Shown here: piece after piece, positions 57,901 to 64,000 of the stretch
Numbering within the stretch: position 1 is the first letter of the stretch
Layout of the letters: every line of letters starts with the position of its first letter
NCBI GenBank assembly: GCA_051883455.1
Contig: JBJETT010000009.1
Coordinates: forward strand, 102,947-166,946
Direction: 5' to 3'
Length of the DNA stretch: 64,000 nucleotides
Origin: Christensenellales bacterium
Lineage (GTDB): Bacteria; Bacillota; Clostridia; Christensenellales; UBA3700
The notes under the pieces: generated by a model
Databases searched by the model: none
Seen by the model: the letters and a program-made list of their open reading frames with translations, nothing else
What the model was told of the DNA's origin: nothing
Made by a program: the position numbers and the translations under genes

Positions 57901-60900
57901 GTCTCTACGTCAACGCTATTTTTCCAATTGTCGTTGGTGTTGTTGCTATTAGTAGAGCTAGCCGCTCTCATTGCAAAGCCACTATTTTGGTAATATCTAT
58001 CTATTTTATACTTATATCCGTTGAAGACAAGTCTGTACATATTCATATATACCGTCTTGCCGTTGCCTGCATAGACGTCGTCGTACCTATCAAAGGTAGG
58101 TTTATCCGTACCCGTACTGCTCGTGCTGTTTGGCAATACATTGCCGTACTTAAGCGATCCGCTAGTATTGGTTGAGTTGCTACCGTCGTAAGTCTTTTGC
58201 ACGTGATCTATCTTTTTGTCAACAGGGATAACCAAGCCTCTACCCCTCAAAGTTACTTGAGAGCCGCTGACTTCTAACTTGATGACGTCAGTGCCGTCAA
58301 GTTTGGTATACGAGTTGTTGTTAGCGTCCTCAAAGTCGTACTCCAACGTAAAGCCACTGCCCGCAATGAGGTAACTTCTATTGGTACCCAAAGAGTTGGT
58401 CGCTGCCACGTAGCCGTAGTACTCCCAATCTTCAAGGTTGAGGGTGACGTCAGTCATACCTATCGAGGTTACTGTCATCTTGTCAGGCTTGATACCGTCT
58501 ATCTTGCTTGCGTAATCTATGCCGTTATAAACGTAGTTGCCGTTGCCACTAAGCACGTTGACGCCACCGACGAGTATTTGCGCTACGTCAAGGTGTAGAT
58601 TGGTTTTGCTACTTATGCTTGCACCCTTCTCGGCAATAAAGGTCATATCCCCTGCTCTAAGTCCTAGAGGGGTAACGATTTCTACTATCTTAAATTTGCC
58701 CGATACGATATCGTTCTCAGGGAAGATAATGGTCTTGCTAGATATATCTTTGATTGCGCTACCTATATTGGCATCCGACTTGGTGTCGAAGGAAATGCGA
58801 TAGCTACCCGCCGCAGGATCGTTGACTTTGACTCCCGTAATATTACCGTTGCCGTCTTTGATAGAGGTAGTTGCCACAGCCGTCATATTGGCTTCGTTGG
58901 TAGGATCTTTGCCCGTAAATCTATCTACGAGAATGGACGAGAACAAGGTGTTGGATACGGAAGAGTTGGTTATCTCCGTACCATCGGAGCCGTAGAACTT
59001 GAGCGCAGGCATGCCGAAACTGTTGCCGTAGCTAGTCGTCGTCTTGTGATAATATACGCCCGTGGTCGAGTCGTAATAATACTCGTTTCTATCTATGCTA
59101 GCGCTACCCGTAGTACCGTACGAGTAGTAGAGGTAAACGTTGTTACCACGCTTGAAGGTATGCGATACGTCGGCGTAATGGATAGCGTCGGACATGTTGT
59201 TGATCTTGTCGTACACGTCGTTGTAGAAGAGCAAGTTAGGTTGACTTGGAGAAGTCCATCCGTCACCCTCGGTAGCCACTACAGCGTCCTCAGGTTTAGC
59301 ATTGAACAATTCACTGCTGGTTGGCTGAACTTGCCATACTTGCGTATCCCAGAGGAACTTACCTTCCGCCGGAGGGTCGGCAATGGTAAAGTCAAATGAC
59401 AAGTCGGCGTCAATGCCCGTACCTGCCCAAGACAAACCAATGTTGGTACCCAAAGCCGTCTTGTCTTTGAGTATCAAATTGTTAGGATTGGTATTGTCGT
59501 AAACGTACAACTCGAAAGGCGAAGATTTGGTTGCTCCCAACACTCCTCCACGACCTACGTATTGGCTAGTATATGTGCCTGCAGGCAAAGTGGTACCACG
59601 ATAAGAGTTAAGTTTATCCTTATCATAGTATTGACCTTCATCTCCCACCTTGTCGTCGGTTTCTCTGTTTGGCCATCCTGCTCTCTCTGTTGTCGTTCCT
59701 TGGTCGGAAGGGGTAACGAGATATACGTTGTGGATAGTTTCCCAGTCGCATATTCCGGCAATTTGTCTATAACCGAACTCTACGCCGGTCAATGGCTTAC
59801 CGTCGCCACGATAGTATGGTCTATCTTGACTGTCAACCATCTGCATACCACGTATACGATAACCGTCGGTATCCATTTGCACCATGGCTTTGATATCTTC
59901 GATAGTATAACCGAACCAGTTGATGATGACGCCGTCGATATGAATTGTGCTCTGGTCGTGGTTCTCCGGCCTTACGTTGGTGTATGGTTGAGTGTTCCAA
60001 CCCGTACGCAAATTGCCGTTGGAATCATATATGTCGCGGAAATCTTGGTGGTCTTCTTCGTTAGCAGCACTTAGGATATAGTTGTTGGTGTTGACACCTA
60101 TCAAGGCGCCTGCACCCGAAGCAAGTGTTTGCGTTCTCAACCAGCCTACGTCCGCATATCCCCAGTTGGTCGAATAAAAGTACAATATACCAGAAGAAGT
60201 TGCTTCGATAAGTCCTCCACCGTTGAGGGTAGAGTTGATGATATCGCTTCGTGCGCCAACCCAGCCTACCATACCGCCTGCCATTGCTTGAGCGTGTGGA
60301 TATGCTCCGGCACCCGCATTTCTACGGAACTCGCATATAGATCTGATTACCGCACTATCGTTCATGTTGAGGGTACAGTTGCCTACTGTTGCGGTACTTC
60401 CGTATTTACCAATGTTCATACCTGCAAATCCGCCGACGATACACATATTACGTCTTGCATGTCCTCTAAAGACGTTGTCGCCCGTTTCTGTTATCGTTCT
60501 GTTGACTACGAAGTTGGCGCTTGCACCCAATTCCAAGGTACAATTTTGGATTGTACCCATATTGATACCCATTATTATTCCGGCTACCATTGAGAACGGT
60601 TCGTATGGTTTCTTGCCGTTAGATCTAGCGATGGTAACCCATGCTTGCTTATTCAAAGCAAAGTTGACGCCCTCTATGACGTTGCCCGTCTTCAACCCAC
60701 CTACGAACAAACCAAATACACGAGTTTCGGTATTCATAATAGGCGTTTCGTTGTTTGCCAATACCGCATATTCTTTGTAATTAGGCGTAATGCTTGCATC
60801 ACAAAGATTGATAATAGGCATACTATCGGCATTCATATTGTCACTTGGTGCCAACGTAATAGTGTAACTACCGCTACCATACAAGTCCTTAGACAACATA

Positions 60901-63900
60901 TAATAGTTGATATTTTGATTGAGAGTAATGTTGGCACCCAAAGTACCTGCTACCGCATTCACGTAACTATCCAAAGCGGAATCGCCTTGATTGTTGTTGC
61001 TGATGAAGGCTTTGAGTTGTGCCTCTGTAGTTATAGTCACCTCGTTGCGGAAGAGTTGTATTCTAAGATAACCATGTTTTCCTTGCACGTCATTAACTGT
61101 ATAGAAATACATATCGCTAACAGGGGTATTAGCCGACAAAATGTTGCTATTAATAGTAATAACGTCTCTCAATCCCGTCTTATTGTCCGCAGCCATAATC
61201 TGCGCCGTCCAATATCTTAGATATTCGGTACCGTCTACGTTGGCAGTAGTATTATACGGAGTATATCCGCCACCGCCCGTTGTCAAAGTACCTATCAACT
61301 TGATACTGAGCGAGCGTTGATAATACGTACCGGACTGTACGACGTAAGCTACCAAAGCGATAGAGATATCCTTACCCTTGAAGTCTGCCGCACTTATTTT
61401 GGTATAGGTAGCTAGCTTGTCGTGGTCAGCATAAGTTCCGCTCTTGTTGTAGCCCGCTTGAGTGAGGGTATTGTACATATCCGTCGATACGTAACCGAGC
61501 ACCGACATACCCGCTACGCTGGAGAGCGTTATGCCTGCGGCATCGGTTGCGCCGAAGACTTGAATCTTGCTATATAGGTCGGCTTGCTTGCGAGTAAAGT
61601 CTATCCATACGATGTTGCGCAAGTTATAGTTGTTGTTGTCGACGAAATAACTTTCTTTGGCGTTGATATATCTACCCGTCACGTAGCCGGCATGTCCGCC
61701 GTCAGGCATAGCAATCATACCAATTTGACCTGCGTAGATATAGTTGATCTTGGTGGTAGTGAGGGTGTAGGTCTTGCCGTTGATAGTCTCGGTATGTGCG
61801 TCGCTCGTACCCGTAAGGCTCATATCTCCGCTGTTGCTACCGAGTCCTAACAAACCGCCGATATAGTTACCCGTTGCATCGCCCGCATCCGTGCCAACGT
61901 TGTTGATAAGTCTTGCACGGCTATTGACACCCACACTATTGATATTTCCGCTAAAGGATACGCCTACCGCGCCACCCATAGCAGATACGGCGCTTCCGCT
62001 ACCGCCATTGAGCGTCCAAACCATATCTCTCTCTGCAGTCCACAGATATTGGCTTGGGGCGGTTCCTGCAAAGGACATACCTTGGTCAATATTGATATTT
62101 TGTAAGGTCGAGCCTGCCATTATGCCGACGAGTCCGCCGAGACCGCCCGTACCGCTAAAGCTTACGGTAGAGGTTACGTCAAAGCCTTGCGTTCCTGCCA
62201 ATCTATTGAGAGACGACAGGTAGAGCACGGTTGGGTTGGCTCCGCCTTGCAACATGCTTCCTTGCAACAGTCCTACCGCACCGCCGATAGCAACGTTCTG
62301 CGCATTGCCCGTCATAGTTACGCCCTTCATATAGACGTAGTTGGTATGGTTTTGGTTCAACGTTAGAGAAGTATTGCTTCCGTTGTTGTATATAGCACCC
62401 ACTGCGCCACCGAAAGCAAGCGTTTTACCGCCATCGTTGAAGTTGATTGTCGTTCCGTTGACGTTGACTTGCACGGAACCGAAGGTTGACGTCACTCCGC
62501 TTATAATGCCGACTGCACCACCTACGGCAAGGTTAGTTCCCGTAGCGTTGATTGTACCGCCCGTGATATTGACTACGATATTAAGGTCGGATATTACACC
62601 TTGTACCGCACTAAACAAACCACCCACGCCCACTACGTCGTAGCCTTCTACTGCGTAGAGGTTGCTTGCGTTGCCTTCGTTGATATCCAAAGTATCGCTG
62701 CCCACATTGACAGTCAAAGTATATCCGCCACCGTTGATACTTCTACCTGCTTCCAACACTCTGCCCGCACTGAGTCCGGCAAAGCTAACCTCGGTGTCGG
62801 TAGTCAAGGTCAATGCAAGCGCAGCACCTGCAGCTCTAAAACTCGTTGCAGTTTTACCTTCGATAAAGCCTTGGATAATATTGCTTTGGTTGCTGCTATC
62901 ACGACCAGGGTCAATTGCCCACTTGTATTTGTAAGTAACACCGCTTACCACGTTGTTGACGGTAGAGGTTGCAAAGCCTGACAATCCCTTAGCCGTGTCA
63001 TAATTCAAAACAGTTCCGGTCAAAATGCCGCCCAACGTTGCGCTCATACATACGATACCCATATTCATTGGGTCGTCTACGTATAGATAGCTCGACACAT
63101 TCTTGACGTCAAATTCTATCGTGTTTGCGCTTCCGTTCATATAATTTTGCAAACCGCTCAAGAAAGTCTTGCCGTTGTACGTGTTGGTGTTGGTGGTTGC
63201 ATCATAGTTGTACATAAAGATACTATTACCGTGATAGTCAACGATATCCACCTTACCGCCACTGACGCAAGACGTGTCAGGCGTGGTGCCGTTATCGTAG
63301 CCGTAATATCCCATCATAGTCAACTCGCCGTTGGAGAGTGAGTTGTTAAATATTCTATCGCTAGCAAAGTATGATAGCACGCCCGCGTCGTACACGTAGG
63401 ATACGGCAAGGTTAGGGTTAGTCTGCATATCCATAAATGCAAGACCGCTCATTGTTGTTTGGGCGTTGGCTGGGTCACTCGTCACGATACCTGCAAAGAT
63501 ACCGCGGCTGCCGTAAGTATTGATCGCACCGCCACTGTATCTGATACCCATACCGCCCGCTACGATGACGTTGGCATTGGAGATGACGGCGTTGGAGATG
63601 CCGGCGTCGGTGCTATGCTTGCGAATGGTCTTGGTCGCAAAACTTACTGCCCCGTCGTTGGAAGCCACGCCAAACACACCGCCCACGTAGAGAGCAGTGT
63701 TGTTGTTCGCTTCAGGCGTTTGTTTTGCCGTCTTGCTGACTAGCTCTATGGCGTTGTCGCCAAAGACCTTGACGCCGGTGGCATAACCGCCGTCGTTGAC
63801 GCCCGCGATTGCACCCATTGCAGCGCTGCTGCCTATAGCAAAAGTACCCCACACGGAGAATAGTGCGCGGTTGAATACGTTGGTCGAAGTTATCGCGCCC

Positions 63901-64000
63901 GTATTGACGCCGGCAACCAGACCGGCTATGGTGACGTTGGCAGAATTGCTATTTTTGTAAGTACCAATGCCGTTGTTGGTATAAGTCACGCTATTGATAG
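45996..64000 (-). CDS. Giant repetitive extracellular protein (>=5,997 aa in window; N-terminus beyond the right edge): GLUG-like beta-helix modules plus a YDG/MBG-like Ig-fold repeat array; putative adhesin
   Basis: A single frame without stops runs from position 64000 down to TAA at 45998-45996; the track M at 63989 is merely the first GTG. The protein is Thr/Asn/Gly/Ser/Val/Tyr-rich and poor in Cys. It has about 15 copies of K-x-Y-D-G-(T/N) motifs and repeated GG(L/A/F)(V/A/F)G motifs. No LPXTG or TM segment is seen at the C-terminus. Confidence 0.9.
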   Translation of the reverse strand, partial: INSVTYTNNGIGTYKNSNSANVTIAGLVAGVNTGAITSTNVFNRALFSVWGTFAIGSSAAMGAIAGVNDGGYATGVKVFGDNAIELVSKTAKQTPEANNNTALYVGGVFGVASNDGAVSFATKTIRKHSTDAGISNAVISNANVIVAGGMGIRYSGGAINTYGSRGIFAGIVTSDPANAQTTMSGLAFMDMQTNPNLAVSYVYDAGVLSYFASDRIFNNSLSNGELTMMGYYGYDNGTTPDTSCVSGGKVDIVDYHGNSIFMYNYDATTNTNTYNGKTFLSGLQNYMNGSANTIEFDVKNVSSYLYVDDPMNMGIVCMSATLGGILTGTVLNYDTAKGLSGFATSTVNNVVSGVTYKYKWAIDPGRDSSNQSNIIQGFIEGKTATSFRAAGAALALTLTTDTEVSFAGLSAGRVLEAGRSINGGGYTLTVNVGSDTLDINEGNASNLYAVEGYDVVGVGGLFSAVQGVISDLNIVVNITGGTINATGTNLAVGGAVGIISGVTSTFGSVQVNVNGTTINFNDGGKTLAFGGAVGAIYNNGSNTSLTLNQNHTNYVYMKGVTMTGNAQNVAIGGAVGLLQGSMLQGGANPTVLYLSSLNRLAGTQGFDVTSTVSFSGTGGLGGLVGIMAGSTLQNINIDQGMSFAGTAPSQYLWTAERDMVWTLNGGSGSAVSAMGGAVGVSFSGNINSVGVNSRARLINNVGTDAGDATGNYIGGLLGLGSNSGDMSLTGTSDAHTETINGKTYTLTTTKINYIYAGQIGMIAMPDGGHAGYVTGRYINAKESYFVDNNNYNLRNIVWIDFTRKQADLYSKIQVFGATDAAGITLSSVAGMSVLGYVSTDMYNTLTQAGYNKSGTYADHDKLATYTKISAADFKGKDISIALVAYVVQSGTYYQRSLSIKLIGTLTTGGGGYTPYNTTANVDGTEYLRYWTAQIMAADNKTGLRDVITINSNILSANTPVSDMYFYTVNDVQGKHGYLRIQLFRNEVTITTEAQLKAFISNNNQGDSALDSYVNAVAGTLGANITLNQNINYYMLSKDLYGSGSYTITLAPSDNMNADSMPIINLCDASITPNYKEYAVLANNETPIMNTETRVFGLFVGGLKTGNVIEGVNFALNKQAWVTIARSNGKKPYEPFSMVAGIIMGINMGTIQNCTLELGASANFVVNRTITETGDNVFRGHARRNMCIVGGFAGMNIGKYGSTATVGNCTLNMNDSAVIRSICEFRRNAGAGAYPHAQAMAGGMVGWVGARSDIINSTLNGGGLIEATSSGILYFYSTNWGYADVGWLRTQTLASGAGALIGVNTNNYILSAANEEDHQDFRDIYDSNGNLRTGWNTQPYTNVRPENHDQSTIHIDGVIINWFGYTIEDIKAMVQMDTDGYRIRGMQMVDSQDRPYYRGDGKPLTGVEFGYRQIAGICDWETIHNVYLVTPSDQGTTTERAGWPNRETDDKVGDEGQYYDKDKLNSYRGTTLPAGTYTSQYVGRGGVLGATKSSPFELYVYDNTNPNNLILKDKTALGTNIGLSWAGTGIDADLSFDFTIADPPAEGKFLWDTQVWQVQPTSSELFNAKPEDAVVATEGDGWTSPSQPNLLFYNDVYDKINNMSDAIHYADVSHTFKRGNNVYLYYSYGTTGSASIDRNEYYYDSTTGVYYHKTTTSYGNSFGMPALKFYGSDGTEITNSSVSNTLFSSILVDRFTGKDPTNEANMTAVATTSIKDGNGNITGVKVNDPAAGSYRISFDTKSDANIGSAIKDISSKTIIFPENDIVSGKFKIVEIVTPLGLRAGDMTFIAEKGASISSKTNLHLDVAQILVGGVNVLSGNGNYVYNGIDYASKIDGIKPDKMTVTSIGMTDVTLNLEDWEYYGYVAATNSLGTNRSYLIAGSGFTLEYDFEDANNNSYTKLDGTDVIKLEVSGSQVTLRGRGLVIPVDKKIDHVQKTYDGSNSTNTSGSLKYGNVLPNSTSSTGTDKPTFDRYDDVYAGNGKTVYMNMYRLVFNGYKYKIDRYYQNSGFAMRAASSTNSNNTNDNWKNSVDVETNPTSSHQFDSAPLSISGSGALKTSSSGSVKVKLIGTILPQAVTINYIAKEYDGDEAIVYSKVDFSYSGTTTTGLQPKATFVSADVVYGGKGSYNSIVFSDIVTIVDQADNSNVFYAMTDANPINRNNYAIAANTTGVTYNPTAKTVTLAGLGIIVPQAVQVKLAQKTYDGNNFFVSGMTYNLAKVSNTSQSVSLNDMGLTSLSSSNGTFNNANVGDSKTITLSGTRQFEYPNTTLSNKYQARYFATSTAKNYAYSATTYTTGVIIPKQLTWKSNIKSLVNKPYDDTTSYTYASASTLFDGLASGDTTTKPTITFTDANVNTAGVEIKVTTEDVSIGGTTFKCLTENNNYYMTTNTATGMILPRLVEFSNITKEYDGTTTLSYTATTGVNPTTMTTSGAVDGVSLTPKGAYDDRHAYTNRQIEWTTTSFSYNDTPYNILQEAGSATKGKTYAGNYYVASNSAADITPCILMQADFLGVTAKQNKQNGTTNATGLIFTYFAGALYVISGSVNKKNDADVVDGEYALYKSGSLAGKNTDGTYDVGSYDINVTKLTGTDAGNYTLAVPFDLGQDLVINQQEVNSVAITVKPTNVNYNVDLPNAITPISSIAMDSVATDRQINATFTVKTIKWEDASKNAVSKGSPIGGYDLSVEDIEMSGNDNYKLAASATYTVTVTPSGAKALYILPLKNSITKVEKVYDGNTNLGTVTATQTISNYVGEYESKNVQDNLTTNMGDVKIKVKLFEYYGADGQKYTKYVIVIDNSDTMSNYYLDATVTDGYATLQVGVITPKEVTLGTVNITQSDSRGVVANDTKPAPGNFEYYSTATYSYSATLTGVISGDTVGVSITDPCGGTYNADTYDLTFNGLTGADAGNYTFNGTFSAQLTIKPQTLKNVSVSIKPINVVYGNAIPTTIDGATGSAVDYKSNEGVTGNFTISGFTTTATSTSLIGGYDITIDYGKVSLASNPNYVVGSTTTITVAVTPAEAKALYIIPADATLNSVTKTYDGTTTFTGATIVTTPASVAITGTYVDKNAGNGKSVYVDVAAFTYYNTLGAEVSVDIFKATNYKVANTHTTNASVATIDGVGVINKYAIKGSEIKGVTVTQTWKGTPSTTSPFTYYYTAKYVATGKFDLFNAYGDTVTVTLGIYKSTDSGYTNVSGTTNVGVGTYKISLLSVSATPDDNFTVATGEEQYSNVTTFKIDPQVVNNVYVVGNHFATTYTGAPLTYDKSAANFKIYAIDLDDREVNISGGIKENGLTMGVDGQTFATSQTQVGIYNVKVSVNGSAEGNNYTFSAIDNADVYIDQAKTAKTEFAIIPMEATLETAHKTYDGNNTLTGDIVIKFIDANSAAIDFGTATVSATFDSANAGNRKLVFVTKEFAYYPTGTTTKSTLNIIQTSTTTPAEGEGEASVSTTFTNYHIGSSNTVDGVAYIIPKLVDLSSPSKPYDGTTALGGEVSATGTVGGEKISISGSFDDCNAGENIGITINVTDMELGGVHYNALSGNTNYCIAANNYKGTITPRDIESSHLSLLQLARLDAKDGDKQVDMLNIAGIEDNITYTNSVEYTSKYKYQGIGGHLYVAADKTAEPNGNWLFKLYQAFAIEQEKGLTFSVTMLDKNGTEVEFAQNSGAYTIKVVFGGGNYKVATITKTFTITQQEVTDAANIYVYMDSFEGVYGQGNFRSPSASGEYRIGIVDKVSGDIVEFVKGAVGHNFAIGSLAFSKQGGTANKTIEADENGIYIGGYYLFAASVTGESDNFDTSKLDLSAANKKIYGIGKSATDENQSLYYIIPAELDLTSVTKTYDGTVAFTDGSKDPKNVTEFTYGSGVLAEDRTMRLVGEFVDFNATHNNAGTSGTKGAVKIATEIMQVTTLSETTNYNIVLKEGGVKTNYYLAIGSAETMIEVTDKAIIKKYKIENGAIQLSVQGYEGYLADSENKVTKYINAPTDTIEFTYANGYRYNDKFVITGLQPIAGQGLFNAADDINAMSVILGPDNVSNASDNPYELVVKSFTASNYEWGSNATIGKLKINKQLVNEDSIAISIPPLALEYNGNVQKPEGVDKFSFTVKDFYTGLSAKADGAGGSGVSGIKYYMNSVEVPNPTDIGGYSVSVVVDTSYIDTNNYTMADGVSSITKQADNGNAVFFILPKALTVESVTKQYDGTENFVDIQVNGVKADSVADPKTIITIDEGGFVKESDKNIVYNAIIAKGGYFGSKDIAETESVVYFTASSFSYRTTVDGVVTGGTAYYIYGTNYMVPRASVGHITPAHLTITGMTKTYDGTTALQFEYSYDSNTKVGINKTTERVTGAMKDNKEPIRPAGEYESSAVGTNIAVKFNVTTETVINGVTYYRLVNNDLDGGESNASNYYIFTSNDSVIVKNGMITIEGIGTIKAIAISDGTTSTTADASISNITIDGKAYDSTSAFIYNYSKSYGIADLKATFKFFGGELTCQGTYNSTKGLMEVEGIKDGDKVDKLYFSITFTKATETNSAQNAGEYTIKIKLVTVESDNNNAYEFGTDGKLTLSKRFKINKYQLKQDELKIKVAALEREYDGKEGITTDGSDAKTWVAGKVESTLTYTITLSGATTTSKLTISSVKKTNETQTFINVGKYALQVQVTGYDDTNYMLGNGVYYNLYSQANESTEVFQILPKKITLETETVVVKNFDGTVSYLFDAGIKGEQVLLGNTTIAGEYARAGVHTLENTTFNVLDVVLDPTVKGFNSTLYNEETKVLDRATAKGNYVVVGTTTYKLTINPSNIVVAERRYDYNKKTAEIEVAITGLADTQFLNNNVDKTNLAGVLKISVNSFASFEVATTDEIVESSIKTTESLDALGYSSYTITFTYRAKGTLDAATYTDRYVFAVAGATDGYSTNLALTSSELADGQMGGAANNTGTAVATAKDLADKLKANANISLTANIYGWDASLLDSVVNYTGTLYGNGYSIQLAGGLNSDKDKTNGGAFIASLGGTIQDVNFKFTSTQTLSATNVGLVVGNMTGNMTNVSLDIINTPTIDGAKATTIGGFAGIASGSMTNATVIFNASVNNANFGGLVGSATNANLTNVSVRAYNGKTTTGKTLVATQSGCTFNGVIDMIGSDLGVSGITNLYTVNTSLTSAKAYGKLELLTPHTEGFIEYYFTTLNKTGVKTHNVYGGGASERDKTMYQTYGTIENNDTIALAIETLAPRNRFIWEAYSHSYQTEVAGGGHINLSLNRYVAMMPIGTVIEANGYTLDGQSKTDMSFITAGVTMFCPAIGIRGGQEIAASGSTIKEAVYTGEVIEHSVTITETKEDGTKTEKKVIVSATDVGYYDNIVVELKGDVTTDDINYDTSNRTAIVAAIGDGTNVAGAILIIYPKQSVLPTNFSKYYDTTSIGEFTTTVDGKSVTLLGTYVDAQGKEASDVDIAKWVSFANNSNAVRKVLVDKNGNYIAQHHKTDANGTTYSYTKIIIEKNGIDVVFNKGTTLDGVTNDALMKAMAQLIDYDQASKIDNSLDTNIYTYGWVYNVTALGYTVDKDAVTFNNGNLYYVPETINDNAGNFTFTANGLTAGSLNNISTTEPSAFAVFAGTTSSNASITPAQREATYTIVNADKLSFRTTHTKDTVKVAVKTWNLSAYESTHPLPTQMTAKQREAFSDFMSDISADDVDTLSLMSAESGSKIIDNGGSYSIAYTASDKYFAFKLPTTITKNDKDATAYGNYVIVPDSKVIEFRYFIVNANGEFELSTYKDVLMIGERAVVDIDDTQYESNYHKYAYKMTGNINMKSSLITPFDWGNGIAFEGSIDGAGFALTNYILKGENNVGLFAEMASGASVTNLIMGNVMVVATASSGEVKVSALTTSTVGTITDVATEMRVVTATTGSVTIDNAGQSFVRVHKQSGSNVTVSTLLNGTPKVNYLKPSDIDALTKFGGVANFLGKYVLNNAKLKPVIEGEGNERTLRVEVNNFREYWGWYNICPWLEGGNTWNGIRPTKSNVTISPAA
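46430..46650 (-). other. Giant protein: GLUG-like module 3 (C-terminal region)
   Basis: PFDWGNGIAFEGSIDGAGFALTNYILKGENNVGLFAEMASGASVTNLIMGNVMVVA. Confidence 0.45.
48600..49300 (-). other. Giant protein: GLUG-like module 2
   Basis: ANISLTANIYGWD...YTGTLYGNGYSIQLAGGLNSD...GGAFIASLGGTIQDVNFKF...VGLVVGNMTGNMTNVSLDI...IGGFAGIASGSMTNATVIF...FGGLVGSATNANLTNVSVRA. The last motif is encoded at 48721-48780. Confidence 0.5.
49900..58210 (-). repeat. Giant protein: array of about 8.3 kb of YDG-like and MBG(YGX)-like Ig-fold repeats
   Basis: I located Y-D-G (or YDD/YDS/FDG) codons at approximately 58186, 57745, 57394, 57050, 56775, 55812, 54892, 53927, 53570, 52500, 51435, 51080, 50660, 50263 and 49920. 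Intervening modules carry (A/V)G-x-Y and N-Y-x-(L/F/V) motifs, e.g. DAGNYTLAV, ADAGNYTFNG, VGIYNVKVS. Confidence 0.6.
60150..61040 (-). other. Giant protein: GLUG-like module 1
   Basis: EAQLKAFISNNNQGDS...ANITLNQNI...LYGSGSYTITL...VFGLFVGGLKTGNVIEGVNF...VGGFAGMNIG...AGGMVGWVGARSDIINSTL. This is the pattern 'novelty statement / F-x-G-x-fixed unit / GLFG...I.N' that I associate with Pfam GLUG-motif regions. Confidence 0.45.
61100..64000 (-). repeat. Giant protein: N-proximal Gly-rich beta-helix-like repeats
   Basis: Motifs recur roughly every 30-40 aa, e.g. VGGLFSAVQGVISDLNIV, AVGGAVGIISGVTSTFGSVQV, AFGGAVGAIYNNGSNT, AIGGAVGLLQGSML, GLGGLVGIMAGSTLQNINI and IGGLLGLGSNSG. Boundaries are approximate. 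Confidence 0.5.

Noticed and set aside
46255-63743. Many long plus-strand ORFs antisense to the giant gene, e.g. 50316-51944 (542 aa), 52776-54188 (470 aa), 55728-56999 (423 aa), 47076-48233 (385 aa) and 45972-46892 (306 aa).
   Set aside because: Their translations are low-complexity and Val/Arg/Cys/His-rich, with no RBS or recognisable motif. The sense frame gives a continuous, motif-rich protein. Long antisense frames arise because the sense gene rarely uses TTA, CTA or TCA, whose complements are stop codons. The same artefact appears opposite gpmI, tpiA, glnN and cysS.
1-64000. Searched by eye for CRISPR arrays, rRNA, transposase, integrase or phage genes, toxin-antitoxin pairs and known defence-system signatures.
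   Set aside because: No regularly spaced direct repeats were found. I saw no rRNA-like conserved blocks and no DDE, tyrosine or serine recombinase motifs. No small overlapping TA-like gene pairs were seen either. None is reported.

Overview
The window looks like a 64-kb chromosomal segment of a mid-GC, spore-forming Firmicute, probably Clostridia-like. That inference rests on spmA/spmB, a CwlD-type amidase next to a NodB-type deacetylase, T-box and FMN riboswitches, and Gram-positive lipoboxes. All calls come from reading the sequence and recognising motifs; no database or HMM search was possible.

Most of the window is housekeeping, in this order:
- FMN riboswitch with an ECF S-component (runs off the left edge)
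- tRNA-fMet/tRNA-Met operon, Ppx/GppA and tRNA-Glu
- an SDR, spmAB, lepB, an ACT/UPF0210 pair and rlmB
- an OmpR/HK two-component system
- rsmI-cysS-cysE behind a Cys (UGC) T-box
- argS-ychF, plsY, type III glutamine synthetase with a short alaS, and a fused ABC ATPase-FtsX permease
- a pgk-tpiA-gpmI operon

The accessory content is a GH27 alpha-galactosidase, a GH20 hexosaminidase and an A/T-rich ECF-sigma module. It also includes one giant gene: a single open frame on the minus strand from 45996 to the right edge (>=5,997 codons, N-terminus outside the window). That gene combines GLUG-like beta-helix modules with an array of about 8 kb of YDG/MBG-like repeats.

No rRNA, CRISPR array, transposase or integrase was seen.

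The most notable non-genic signals are:
- a tight cluster of three DnaA boxes at 44069-44112
- a recurring palindrome, TCGATACGTATCGA with A/T-rich flanks, at five or more loci
- two promoters whose TATAAT-N6-ATG geometry predicts leaderless mRNAs
- a GNRA-capped intercistronic hairpin inside the glycolytic operon
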